Source of the DNA: a virus
Taxonomy: Duplodnaviria > Caudoviricetes
Length of the DNA: 64,000 bases
Direction: 5' to 3' (one strand)
Virus record (IMG/VR): IMGVR_UViG_3300012974_000008
Location: 4,409 to 68,408 of that record
In this document: positions 55,558 through 64,000 of the stretch, in pieces
Position numbering within the stretch: the first letter of the stretch is position 1
Layout: each line of letters begins with the position of its first letter
The notes under the pieces: generated by a model
What the model was told of the DNA's origin: nothing
Seen by the model: only the letters and a program-made list of their open reading frames with translations
Databases searched by the model: none
Program-made: the position numbers and the translations under genes

Positions 55558-56750
55558 ATGTATGTGGATGACATGACACTGGAGGAGGCTCGCGAATGGC
55601 GGGCCGACCTGGAGCGCCGCGTGAACCGAGCGCACACCACACCGGCACGCGAACAGCTCATCTGGGACCTCCAGGACCTGAACGACCGCATCGACGAGCT
55701 GGAGAATGAATGAAGGAGTACTCGGTCCGAGGGCCGGACGGCCGGCAGGTCGGCAAGGTGTTCGAGACACTCACAGAAGCCGAGGAGCGCGCGCGGGATC
55801 TGGACAGGAAAGTGTTCGGCGTCGGCGAAGAGTGCCGAGCGATCGTACGAGACGTCACTCAATGGAGGGACGTATGACCCTGATCGATGCCCTGGTCGAC
55901 TTCGCTGTCGATCACCACCTGCGCTGGAACAGTGACGACACGAACCCACCATCGCCGACCAATGGGCTGGAGTGGAATGACGACGGGTTCACGTATCGCA
56001 CGGCCACTGAGGAGTCGCGGGATGCGGTGGGTGACATGCTCTGGACGTGGCTGATGGAGCATGCCATCCGTGGGTCTGCTCGAGTGTGGGATGGCACGGT
56101 CGCTGGCGCCGCAGAGAACTATTCACTGATGGTCATGGATGACGAGTGGTATGCATCGGAGCCCGGTATCTTCATCACCGGCGTGCTCCAAGTGCTGGAA
56201 CGAGAGGGAGATTCATGAACATCGTCGATCGGCTCAACGCATACCGGGGCGACAACATCTTCCAGGACGTCATATACGGCCTCGAGGAGTACGACCAGGA
56301 TGCCACCGAGGCCGTAGACCCGGACGGGCACAGTGACATCATCGTCCTCACAGACGGAACATGGATTCAATGCGACATCCAGACCTTCCGGTGGTTCACC
56401 AGAGAGGCGGGTGAGGCCTAATGCCCAAGTACACAGAGGATGAGATCCAGAAGGCTGCCGACGTCCTCGAGTGGTTCGTGTGGGAGTACAACCGGGGTGG
56501 TCTCACGGCGCTGAGTTGCATCCGTGCGATGCGCCGGCGGACCAGTGATGACGTGTTGCACTTCTGCTGGTCCCGTGGGCCGCGGAAGGGAAGCGAAAGT
56601 TCGGTGATCTGCTTCCGGCGCGATGGCCACGATGGCCCCCACCGCTCACATCCGGCGTCTGGGTTTGACGAGACCTGGGGTTCACCGGACATGAAGCTAT
56701 CCGAGCGGGAACAGGAGGGGTACTGGTCGCCGCTGGAGTACGTACCCTGA
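55558..56750 (+). other. Five small coupled ORFs: 55558..55713, 55710..55877, 55874..56218, 56215..56421, 56421..56750
   Basis: Overlapping start/stop codons. Confidence 0.6.
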
Positions 56751-56820
56751 CCCACTGACTCCCACTGTTTGATATGATGGGAGGCATTGCATTCTTAATC
56801 GACCTAAGAGAGGGGGCCTC

Positions 56821-57174
56821 ATGGCCATCGTGAAAGACCGCGAGAAGTACGATCGAGTGACGCCGAGCATGGCGCTCTACATGAAGCGCCGGGCCGAGGA
56901 GGGTGCCACCCTGCGCGAGTTGGCGGCAGAGCTGAACATCTCGGCGGGTTCCGCCTGGAGGCACGCACACGAGCACCTCAAGAACAAGCCTCAGCCTAAG
57001 GGCCGGCCGGAAATCACCATCCAAGACGTCCTGGACACCCTCGACGCTGTCGGCTCACAGCGCAAGGCGTCCAAGGAGCTCGGGTGCAGTCTCACCCTGG
57101 TCCGGCAGCGACTGTGGGAGGCCGGCATGGGCCCGGACCCCAAGAACCGAGGGAGGGGTGAGTACAAGGGATAA
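56821..57174 (+). CDS. Tandem HTH DNA-binding protein
   Basis: ATLRELAAELNISAGSAWRH and SQRKASKELGCSLTLVRQRL. Confidence 0.75.
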   Translation: MAIVKDREKYDRVTPSMALYMKRRAEEGATLRELAAELNISAGSAWRHAHEHLKNKPQPKGRPEITIQDVLDTLDAVGSQRKASKELGCSLTLVRQRLWEAGMGPDPKNRGRGEYKG

Positions 57175-57506
57175 TGGCATCTCTCTACAGCCTCTTCGGC
57201 AAAACTCAATCCCAGCGCATCCAGGACGAGGACGTCTCACAGGCCGTCGCAATGGCCGACCGACTGGTGGCCAAGTCGGCGAATCGCATGGCCCCGATCG
57301 AGAACAGTCTGGAAGCTGCTGAGCGCAGGTTCGAGGCGGCGAATGCTGCCTGGATCATCGCCGGCAAGCCATTCAAGGGCAAGATCTACAAGGCGATGAC
57401 CAAGTCGACGCGCGAGGTGCTAGATCTGCGCGCGGAGCACAAGTACTGGTACTCGATCGACCTTGATCATGCTGAGCGGCGTATGCGGCTCAATGCGTAT
57501 CTGTGA
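57174..57506 (+). CDS. Hypothetical helical protein (110 aa)
   Basis: TAATG overlap with the HTH gene. Confidence 0.65.
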   Translation: MASLYSLFGKTQSQRIQDEDVSQAVAMADRLVAKSANRMAPIENSLEAAERRFEAANAAWIIAGKPFKGKIYKAMTKSTREVLDLRAEHKYWYSIDLDHAERRMRLNAYL

Positions 57507-57696
57507 GGATCTTGGCTTCGGCGATCTCGATCATGTCGAGGTCTTCGTTGATGAGTTCGTGCAGGATGGCGCACTGCTCGTCGTCTCCAGCGTCGTGGGC
57601 TTGCCGGGCTTTCTGGGCGAGCTCGTCGAGGTCATCCTTGAGTGCGTCTAGGATTTCCTGGTATGTGTTGTTGGCCAGAATTTCTGGTGCGATCAC
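57490..57696 (-). CDS. Hypothetical acidic protein (68 aa)
   Basis: AAGGGG RBS with GTG start. Confidence 0.5.
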   Translation of the reverse strand: MIAPEILANNTYQEILDALKDDLDELAQKARQAHDAGDDEQCAILHELINEDLDMIEIAEAKILTDTH

Positions 57697-57726
57697 TGGT
57701 CCCCTTGTGGATTGGGTGCGGATAGA

Positions 57727-57759
57727 CAAAAACCCCCGGGTTTAGGCCGGGGGTTTTTG
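57727..57759. terminator. Bidirectional terminator-like hairpin
   Basis: CAAAAACCCCCGG-GTTTAGG-CCGGGGGTTTTTG. Confidence 0.8.
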
Positions 57760-57886
57760 CTTGAGAGGAGATTTCGAGGGAGAAATCCTCGGGTTAGTGT
57801 GATTGTCGACGCCAATCAGGATCACCACCCACCTAGTGTTGATTGTATTGGCGTCTATTTAGCTATGCGAGTCTTTTGCCGGCGCC

Positions 57887-58084
57887 TTAGTCGGCGAGGC
57901 TGACCATGCTGTCGGCGGTGAGCATTTCCCCGCGGGTTCCGAACGCGCCCTCGAGTTCGACTCGCACGTAGCTGTTGCGGTTGATGACCTTGGTGATCTT
58001 GCCGAGGATGGGCCGGCTCTTCACCTTGGTTTCAATCCTCAGGGTGCGGCCGACGTGTTCGGCGGTGAGGTTGAGTGGATTCAT
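57887..58084 (-). CDS. Hypothetical protein (65 aa)
   Basis: ATGA overlap with the deaminase stop. Confidence 0.6.
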   Translation of the reverse strand: MNPLNLTAEHVGRTLRIETKVKSRPILGKITKVINRNSYVRVELEGAFGTRGEMLTADSMVSLAD

Positions 58085-58470
58085 GGTGTCATTTCTCCCT
58101 CGGGCCAGACGACCCGTCCGATTTGTGCACCGCGGATCAGCTTGAGGCATCCTTCGCACGGCGCTCGCGTGATGTAGATCGTCGAGCCCGCAAGATCGCG
58201 CCGGTCGCAATACAGGATGGCGTTCTGCTCGGCATGCAGAGCGACACAAGCGCCCGGGCCCGTGTCGTAGCTACTGCCTGACTCACAGCCCGAAGTTCGT
58301 CGAGGGCATGTAGCACACCCAGGCCGGCCCATAGGAGCGCCGTTGTAGCCGGTACCTCGGACCCGGCGATCTCGTACAACAACTGCCCCGACCTTCGATC
58401 GTTCGCAATCAGATCGCGCGGAGACGGCGGTAGCAAGCCCGAGAAAGTACTCATCCCAGTTCGGCCTCAC
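58081..58470 (-). CDS. dCMP deaminase
   Basis: RPNWDEYF, KVGAVVV, TGYNG, HAEQNA, PCEGC. Confidence 0.92.
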   Translation of the reverse strand: MRPNWDEYFLGLATAVSARSDCERSKVGAVVVRDRRVRGTGYNGAPMGRPGCATCPRRTSGCESGSSYDTGPGACVALHAEQNAILYCDRRDLAGSTIYITRAPCEGCLKLIRGAQIGRVVWPEGEMTP

Positions 58471-59411
58471 CGGTCACTCGCCCGGGCGTCGACCCGTGTG
58501 TACGGGCCATTGAGGGCGTCGAAGTCCCCCTTCAGGCGCGCCAGGAAGTCCGGCACGGCGACCTCGTCGGAGCGGTGCCAGCACCAGGCGGGTGAGGATT
58601 CGTAGGTGTAGATCGCCCCATGGCGGTCTCGCCAGCTGAAGTTGCAGTCAGCCTCACCCAGAGTTTGGACACGTCCCGAAACCATGTACCCGCGATGCTC
58701 CACGGGCGGGGGGACCTCCGGCGGAACCTGGCTCTTTGCCACGACGGTGAACGGCCCGTACATATCGTCGTATACCTTGCGACTGTAGGTTTCGTCGTGT
58801 TTCGGTAGGTACATCCACTGCCCTGCGTTGAGCGGGTGCGAACACTGCCAGGTGAAGGCCTCGAGAGAGAACCGGTGGGGCCAGTTGTATTTATCCACCA
58901 CCTCCAGCCCGGTCGGGATGTCCTCGAGGTGTTCGAACACGGTCTGGTAGCCGCTGTCTGGTTCTGGGCTCGTCGCTACCGGATCGGGTTCGACATGCAC
59001 GTGGTCCTCGTGCACATCCTCCTCGACAATCGACTCAGTGTTTGGCCGGTCGTCGAAGCGCCCGTACTTCGGGTCGGATAGGAATTCGGCCAGCGTGAGG
59101 GCATGCCATGCTGCGGCGATCAGGTGAAGCGAACCGGTCTCCTCGTCGACATCCTCGCCCTCCCAGAAAGCCATGGCGTGGCGCTGCAGTGCGGCGTACG
59201 ACTTGCTCCACTCGTACCCGAGACGCCAGTTGTTCGCCCCATCGTGGACGACGTTGCCCTGCTCGTCGCGTTCGGTGTACTTCTCAGCGCCCTTGCCATA
59301 GTGGGACGCGAGCGCGCGCAGCTGGCCGACGGGGATCAGGTCCGGCCGTTCCTCCTTCACCCCCTTGCGTCCGCCAGACGATGACACTGTTCGAACTTCA
59401 GTTGCAGACAT
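58467..59411 (-). CDS. dATP/dGTP diphosphohydrolase-domain protein with C-terminal extension
   Basis: GGRK..PDLIP..GAEKY..NNWRLG..SYAALQRH..GEDVDEETGSLHLIAAAWHAL. Confidence 0.85.
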   Translation of the reverse strand: MSATEVRTVSSSGGRKGVKEERPDLIPVGQLRALASHYGKGAEKYTERDEQGNVVHDGANNWRLGYEWSKSYAALQRHAMAFWEGEDVDEETGSLHLIAAAWHALTLAEFLSDPKYGRFDDRPNTESIVEEDVHEDHVHVEPDPVATSPEPDSGYQTVFEHLEDIPTGLEVVDKYNWPHRFSLEAFTWQCSHPLNAGQWMYLPKHDETYSRKVYDDMYGPFTVVAKSQVPPEVPPPVEHRGYMVSGRVQTLGEADCNFSWRDRHGAIYTYESSPAWCWHRSDEVAVPDFLARLKGDFDALNGPYTRVDARASDR

Positions 59412-60024
59412 CACTTTCCTCTTTCTCGGCGGCGTCCAGGACGATCTCGACGAACTCGGTCACCGAGTCGACCCGGCGGAAGACCGGGGCACTGCTGGGG
59501 TGTAGGCCGGGTGGCTCCTGGTTCCATGGCTTGCTCAGCAGGTACGCTTCGGTACCCGCCTTGCGGAGGGCGATGTAGTTCTCGCGCTTGTCGTCGATCA
59601 TGAAGTCGGTCTTGACGATCGTCTTGTCCGGCGAGAAGGTCAGGGTGTCGTAGTGCATCCCGATGTCGCGAAGCCACTCCGCGGTGGCCCGGTGCGACAC
59701 AGCTGGATGGCTACCGAAGTGCCGGTCGGTGATGATGTGAACGGAGACTGCGGGGCATTCCGTGAGTTCCTTGAATGCGTCCACTACGGCATAGTTGGTG
59801 CAGCCGAACGTGTTCCACAGCCTTCCTGCGTCTGCGGCCTCATTGCAGAACCTCTTGAACCCGGAGGCAGTCAGGCCCCAATCTTCGAAGAAGGTCCACT
59901 TCTGCGGAGGCGTGCACATATCTACCGGCCAGTTGTGCCCGTCCTGCAGGAAGTTGCCGAACGCCTTGCCGAAGTCGTAGATGACCCCGTCGAGATCGAT
60001 ACCCACTCTGATCTTGTCTGTCAC
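59398..60024 (-). CDS. HAD-family 5'(3')-deoxyribonucleotidase
   Basis: IGIDLDGVIYDF, IITDR, FMIDDK. Confidence 0.85.
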   Translation of the reverse strand: MTDKIRVGIDLDGVIYDFGKAFGNFLQDGHNWPVDMCTPPQKWTFFEDWGLTASGFKRFCNEAADAGRLWNTFGCTNYAVVDAFKELTECPAVSVHIITDRHFGSHPAVSHRATAEWLRDIGMHYDTLTFSPDKTIVKTDFMIDDKRENYIALRKAGTEAYLLSKPWNQEPPGLHPSSAPVFRRVDSVTEFVEIVLDAAEKEESDVCN

Positions 60025-60213
60025 TCGCTCTCCTCCTCTTCTAGCCATGGCAGACACCACAGCCGGCTACATCCCTCTGGTCTTGGTCCCGGGTTCTCGC
60101 GTTGACATGCGATGCAGTAGTCGGTCACCGATAGTCCTCAATGAATGTCCAACGGCTATCTGTCCATTGGACAGATGGGAAGTTCTGTTCGAAGGCTTCC
60201 CGGGCCTCCTCGA

Positions 60214-60429
60214 TCACTTCTTCGTCCACCATGGGCTTTTCAGCATGTCGGCCAGGACCCCGGTGGCCATTTGTGCGACAGCGTCGTTATTCAGTGGCCC
60301 ATCGCGGCCCCAGTCCCGGGGCTCGGCCTTGGGGGTGTTGACACCCTCGAGGGCGACGATCCGTGCGCGCAGTGTGTCGAGCTCGGTCTCGAGATCCTTG
60401 ATGCGACGCTTGATCTTCTTCTTGCTCAC
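60214..60429 (-). CDS. Hypothetical coiled-coil protein
   Basis: GTGA overlap start; MSKKKIKRRIKDLETEL. Confidence 0.55.
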   Translation of the reverse strand: MSKKKIKRRIKDLETELDTLRARIVALEGVNTPKAEPRDWGRDGPLNNDAVAQMATGVLADMLKSPWWTKK

Positions 60430-60629
60430 TCCCACCGCCACCCTCGCTTGGGCGCAAACATCAGGGCGTAGAAGACCACGACCACCGCGTTGAAGATGAT
60501 GGAGCCAGCATTGATGCCCGATCCGCCACCGGGGGACGCGAGGATGCCGATATTTATGACCACACAAGCCACGTTGGCGATGATGACGAGCCAGTACAGC
60601 CGGGCGGGTATTGCGACTTTGAAGATCAT
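60426..60629 (-). CDS. Two-TM membrane protein
   Basis: Two hydrophobic segments. Confidence 0.65.
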   Translation of the reverse strand: MIFKVAIPARLYWLVIIANVACVVINIGILASPGGGSGINAGSIIFNAVVVVFYALMFAPKRGWRWE

Positions 60630-60859
60630 TCGGCGTCCTCTCGTGTCGAGGGCTTCCTGGTCGTGAACTCCGACGCGAGGTTCATTATCAAGATGAAGTC
60701 GATGACCAGGTAGAACCCGGCCTTTGTATCGCCGCCGGCGAGCTGGTGGCTATTCACCAAACCTGCGGTGAACAGCGCGAGCATGAGTACCCAGTACATG
60801 ACTGGGTGCATGTAGCTGACGGTCTTGATCACACCGATCCCACTTTCTCGTTGAGCCAC
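60626..60859 (-). CDS. Two-TM membrane protein
   Basis: Two hydrophobic segments. Confidence 0.6.
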   Translation of the reverse strand: MAQRESGIGVIKTVSYMHPVMYWVLMLALFTAGLVNSHQLAGGDTKAGFYLVIDFILIMNLASEFTTRKPSTREDAE

Positions 60860-61458
60860 TTGAGTTTCGCGATGACCTCGTCAGCAGTGAGCCGGTCATA
60901 GAGTCCGTCGTCGATGTCTGGAGCCTCAGTGCCGGACACGAAGGTCTCGGTCGAGGTGCCGACGGGTACCTGGTCTTCGAACTGGTGCAGCAGCAGGCAG
61001 GTCTCGGGCTTCACGATGTTGATTGTGTGGATCTCGTCCCACTCCATGAAGTAGGACGTACCGCGGCCGACATCCGGTCCGACTGTGTGCGCCTTGGTCA
61101 CGTGCAGCAACTGGGTGCCGTTGGGTGTGAACCCATCCCCACCCAGTAGCGGAGTGCGGTAGTCGAACCGGGCGTATTCGCGACATGCTGATCCGGCTAC
61201 GCCCGAGGGTCCACGGTTGTACCAGATGTTCTGCACGGCACCGGTCAGGGCGGTGGTCCAGAAGTTGTAGCGGTGCCAGTGCGGGTTGACGACCTCGTTG
61301 GTTTCCACGTAGGCGTCGGCGATGAAGTACAGCTTGACTGTGTCTGTCTCACTGCGGTTTAGACAGATGTAGTCGAAACCTTTGACGTGGAAGTTCTTGA
61401 AGCTGTTCTCGAGAACGTGCTCCATGTCGAGGGTGTCGAGGTCGATGTAGTCAGTCAC
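60829..61458 (-). CDS. Cupin/double-stranded beta-helix-like protein
   Basis: NPHWHRYNFWTTALTG and EIHTI give a possible HxH...H metal site. Confidence 0.5.
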   Translation of the reverse strand: MTDYIDLDTLDMEHVLENSFKNFHVKGFDYICLNRSETDTVKLYFIADAYVETNEVVNPHWHRYNFWTTALTGAVQNIWYNRGPSGVAGSACREYARFDYRTPLLGGDGFTPNGTQLLHVTKAHTVGPDVGRGTSYFMEWDEIHTINIVKPETCLLLHQFEDQVPVGTSTETFVSGTEAPDIDDGLYDRLTADEVIAKLKWLNEKVGSV

Positions 61459-62451
61459 TGTTCCAGCCCTTCTGTGAGGATCTTTCCTTCTTCGTCAGCG
61501 ACCGCCTCGGCGAACCACTCACCGTCGTTACGCTCTCTCGCACACTGGTGGCAGAGTCCTGGGTAGTCGAACTCCTCGTACGCCTTATCGATCGCATCGT
61601 CGACATCGGTGGCCTCGACTTCGACCGTGCCCGAGGTGTTGTTCTGGAGGTACACACGAAATTTCGGCACGTGTCACACCTTCCGAACGGTGGCGGTGTA
61701 GGTACCCCACGCGCCGCAACCCCTGCAGTCAGACGGACCCTCGGCGCACCCAGCACACACCACGCTCTTACGTCTGCAGCACGTCCTGGTCACGACGTAC
61801 TCGGCGGCGTTCGGGCACGGAATCCGGACGCTCGGGTCGCATCGAAAGTAGTAATGACATTCACACTTCTTCTCGTTCCCCAACATCTCGGCGAGCTCTG
61901 TAGCCGAGATGCGTTCGATCTGAACGTCACTCATGGTCACACCTGACCTTCGCGCGGCTTAATGAGGACGACCTTGTCACCGTTGGCCATCAGTAGGGTG
62001 AATCGATCTCGAGCGTCGGTGTAGTGGCCCGCAACCAGCCCGCGGTAGTCGGTAACGGTACCGGTCGGCTGGCGGTACAGGACGTCAGCCTCGAGCTTCG
62101 GGAATTCTCTGTAGCGGGCGCCCCTGAAGAAATCGACCAGTGCCTGGTAGAACTCGCCCAGGCTGTCGAAATCGGTCGATTCAAGCTCCCGGGCCAGCAC
62201 TTCGGGCGCTATGCCGTTGGCGCGGCGTTCGAAGTCGAGATGATAGGTCGTCACAGTGTGTAGTCCTCCAGTGGGTAGTCGTCCTCGAAGTCGTCAACCT
62301 CGGCCATGAAGCGGTCCCACATGACCTTGAGTTCGATCCAGCGGCCGCGCAGGTGTCCGGGCTTGAGCTCGTCGGCTGTGAGCCCGTAGTCGAGCGCCTC
62401 GATCACGCCACCTTTGGCCCCGATCAGCTCCAGAAATTCGTCATCAGTCAT
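61455..62451 (-). other. Four small ORFs: 61455..61670, 61674..61940, 61937..62254, 62251..62451
   Basis: Coupled starts/stops; CxxC motifs in two. Confidence 0.6.
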
Positions 62452-63194
62452 CAGGTCCACTCCTCGAAGAAGTAGTGCGCGCGAACGTTGCGCAGGTACT
62501 GCTCGACGACCTTGGTCTCAGGCTCGGCTGGCAGGGGTGTCTCGATCCGGCCAACCCGCTCCTTGGCGTCGTCGATGACAGCCTGGAGCTGCGCGAGGAA
62601 GGTGTAGCCGAGGTGGTTTTCCTCGATCCACTCAGTCACCTTGTCCGGGTGCGGGTGGCGAGGGTTGAAAGTGCCCGTCTCCCAGGCAATTCCGAGTGCG
62701 TCGATCACCCGGATCAGGTGAAATGCCGGCTTCTTCACGGTCGACGGGTCGCCGCCGTGTTGGTGAATGCCGTCGAGCTCGTTGCGCACGTCGTACCACT
62801 GCCCCTGGGCGAACCCGATCCATTTTGGGGCAATGCGCTGGGACAGGAAGCTGTTACGCATGGTGAGCAGGGACGTCGCCGGCCAGCTGTCGTCCTTGTG
62901 CTGGTAGTCCTCGGCGAACAACACCTCGAGGGTGTTCATCTCGCCCTTGAGGGCCAGGCGACAGAAATGCCCCACCTCCCATGAGGTGTGCTCCGAAGAG
63001 TGCCTCACAGAAGATGGGGGTGGTGTGCCGAGTCCGGCGAAGGACATCGTCGGCGCGATATGGACGGAGTGGAGATCGGTGTCGCTGTCTGGTCGGGCAT
63101 TGCCGTGAAGTCGAGACCCGACGACCGCGGAGATGATCTGTCTATTGTTGGTCACAGCATTAGACAGTACCATCTGGGTCGTCGACATCTTCAT
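62451..63194 (-). CDS. Predicted nucleotidyltransferase (Pol-beta superfamily)
   Basis: VVGSRLHGNARPDSDTDL, EVGHFCRLALKG, KPAFHLIRV. Confidence 0.85.
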   Translation of the reverse strand: MKMSTTQMVLSNAVTNNRQIISAVVGSRLHGNARPDSDTDLHSVHIAPTMSFAGLGTPPPSSVRHSSEHTSWEVGHFCRLALKGEMNTLEVLFAEDYQHKDDSWPATSLLTMRNSFLSQRIAPKWIGFAQGQWYDVRNELDGIHQHGGDPSTVKKPAFHLIRVIDALGIAWETGTFNPRHPHPDKVTEWIEENHLGYTFLAQLQAVIDDAKERVGRIETPLPAEPETKVVEQYLRNVRAHYFFEEWT

Positions 63195-63783
63195 CGCCGG
63201 ACGCCTCTATGCGCTCCAACTTTTCGAGGAGATTCTTGTGGGCGTTCAACGGCTTTCGGCCATACGCGTAGTGACCGGTCGGTATGTGGACGGCCTTGTA
63301 TCGACGATTGGGGTCGATGTCGCCGTCGAAGTCGTCATCCGGGGTCGGGTCGGTCTTGATGTCGTCTGGATTGATGTAGTCCAGCGGGTCCAATGACGGC
63401 CATGTGCCATCGGCGTTGCGCTCGACCCAGATCCCCTGGTCCATTTCGCTGACCCGGCCAGCCATACCGGGGCTGGGTATCCAGCGAATCTCCTCGAGCT
63501 CTTCGTGCCGGCGATAGCCCATGCGTTTGAACGCTTCAGCCATCCGCAAGCCCAGGGGTAGGAACAGCTCCACCGACGGCAGGTTGCCGTGCGGCGGGAG
63601 TCTCAGGTTGACGAACCCAGAGTTGAAGTACTCATCCTCTTCCGAGGGTGCTACTGCGACGTCGCGCAGGAACTCTCGATCCAGACGCTCGCGCTCTTCT
63701 TGGGTCTGCTCTTTGCGGCCGGTGGTGGTGAAGTGCCTGGTCTCGAGGACCCTGCGTTCGCGGCGGGGTTCCTCGTCAGTCAT
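63160..63783 (-). CDS. Hypothetical protein, weak resemblance to mycobacteriophage gp29/DUF2744-type proteins
   Basis: LPL..MAEAFKRMGYRRH..IRW.P..QGIWV. Confidence 0.45.
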   Translation of the reverse strand: MTDEEPRRERRVLETRHFTTTGRKEQTQEERERLDREFLRDVAVAPSEEDEYFNSGFVNLRLPPHGNLPSVELFLPLGLRMAEAFKRMGYRRHEELEEIRWIPSPGMAGRVSEMDQGIWVERNADGTWPSLDPLDYINPDDIKTDPTPDDDFDGDIDPNRRYKAVHIPTGHYAYGRKPLNAHKNLLEKLERIEASGDEDVDDPDGTV

Positions 63784-64000
63784 CGGATGTTGTGCTTGCC
63801 CTGGGCCCGGGCCTGCTCGCGCTGCTTGATCTCCCACGCGAGGTCGTCACGCACGCCGGTCATGTTCGGGGTGATGCGAATGGATGCGTTGCCAGTGGAC
63901 CGGATCTGCGTGGAGCCATCGCCGCCGATCTGGGTCACGCTGTGGCGCGGCCAGTGGAATGCCCAGGGGAACATCAGCTTCAATGCCCCGCGCAGGAACA
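63780..64000 (-). CDS. Hypothetical protein, truncated by window end
   Basis: Frame open to the edge; stop overlaps next ATG. Confidence 0.5.
   Translation of the reverse strand, partial: FLRGALKLMFPWAFHWPRHSVTQIGGDGSTQIRSTGNASIRITPNMTGVRDDLAWEIKQREQARAQGKHNIR

Overview
A 64-kb slice of a high-GC actinobacteriophage (long-tailed siphovirus; host probably a mycolic-acid actinomycete such as Gordonia or Rhodococcus, inferred from Lsr2, the split lysin and the gene families). Left end: minus-strand exonuclease VII (XseA+XseB) and small ORFs, then a plus-strand membrane protein + Lsr2 cassette. 3.6-37.5 kb: the complete minus-strand virion and lysis module, from small and large terminase, portal, capsid, neck and major tail through the tail chaperones, a ~3000-aa tape measure, minor tails, a two-gene lysin, holins and a collagen-like fibre. 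37.6-39.5 kb: six tRNAs plus one aberrant tRNA-like element. 39.6-43 kb: three paralogous ORFs, a nucleotidyltransferase-like ORF, a packaging-type HNH and an unannotated Acb2/Tad1-like mini-ORF. ~44.3-44.7 kb: repeat-rich non-coding DNA that may be the genome end. 44.7-57.5 kb: a plus-strand early region built from repeated promoter units, small ORFs and structured non-coding segments, including a C5 DNA methyltransferase. 57.9-64 kb: minus-strand nucleotide-metabolism genes. No integrase, DNA polymerase, helicase or LysB is visible in this window. Best leads: (1) a second -1 frameshift, at the end of the major tail gene, adding a VG-repeat peptide next to a fibre-like polysaccharide deacetylase gene; (2) a possible three-subunit endolysin sharing one docking helix; (3) promoter-delimited cassettes carrying tRNA-like and three-way-junction mini-RNAs; (4) a nucleotidyltransferase plus paralog trio beside the tRNA array. 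All functional calls are by-eye motif recognition; no database searches were run.
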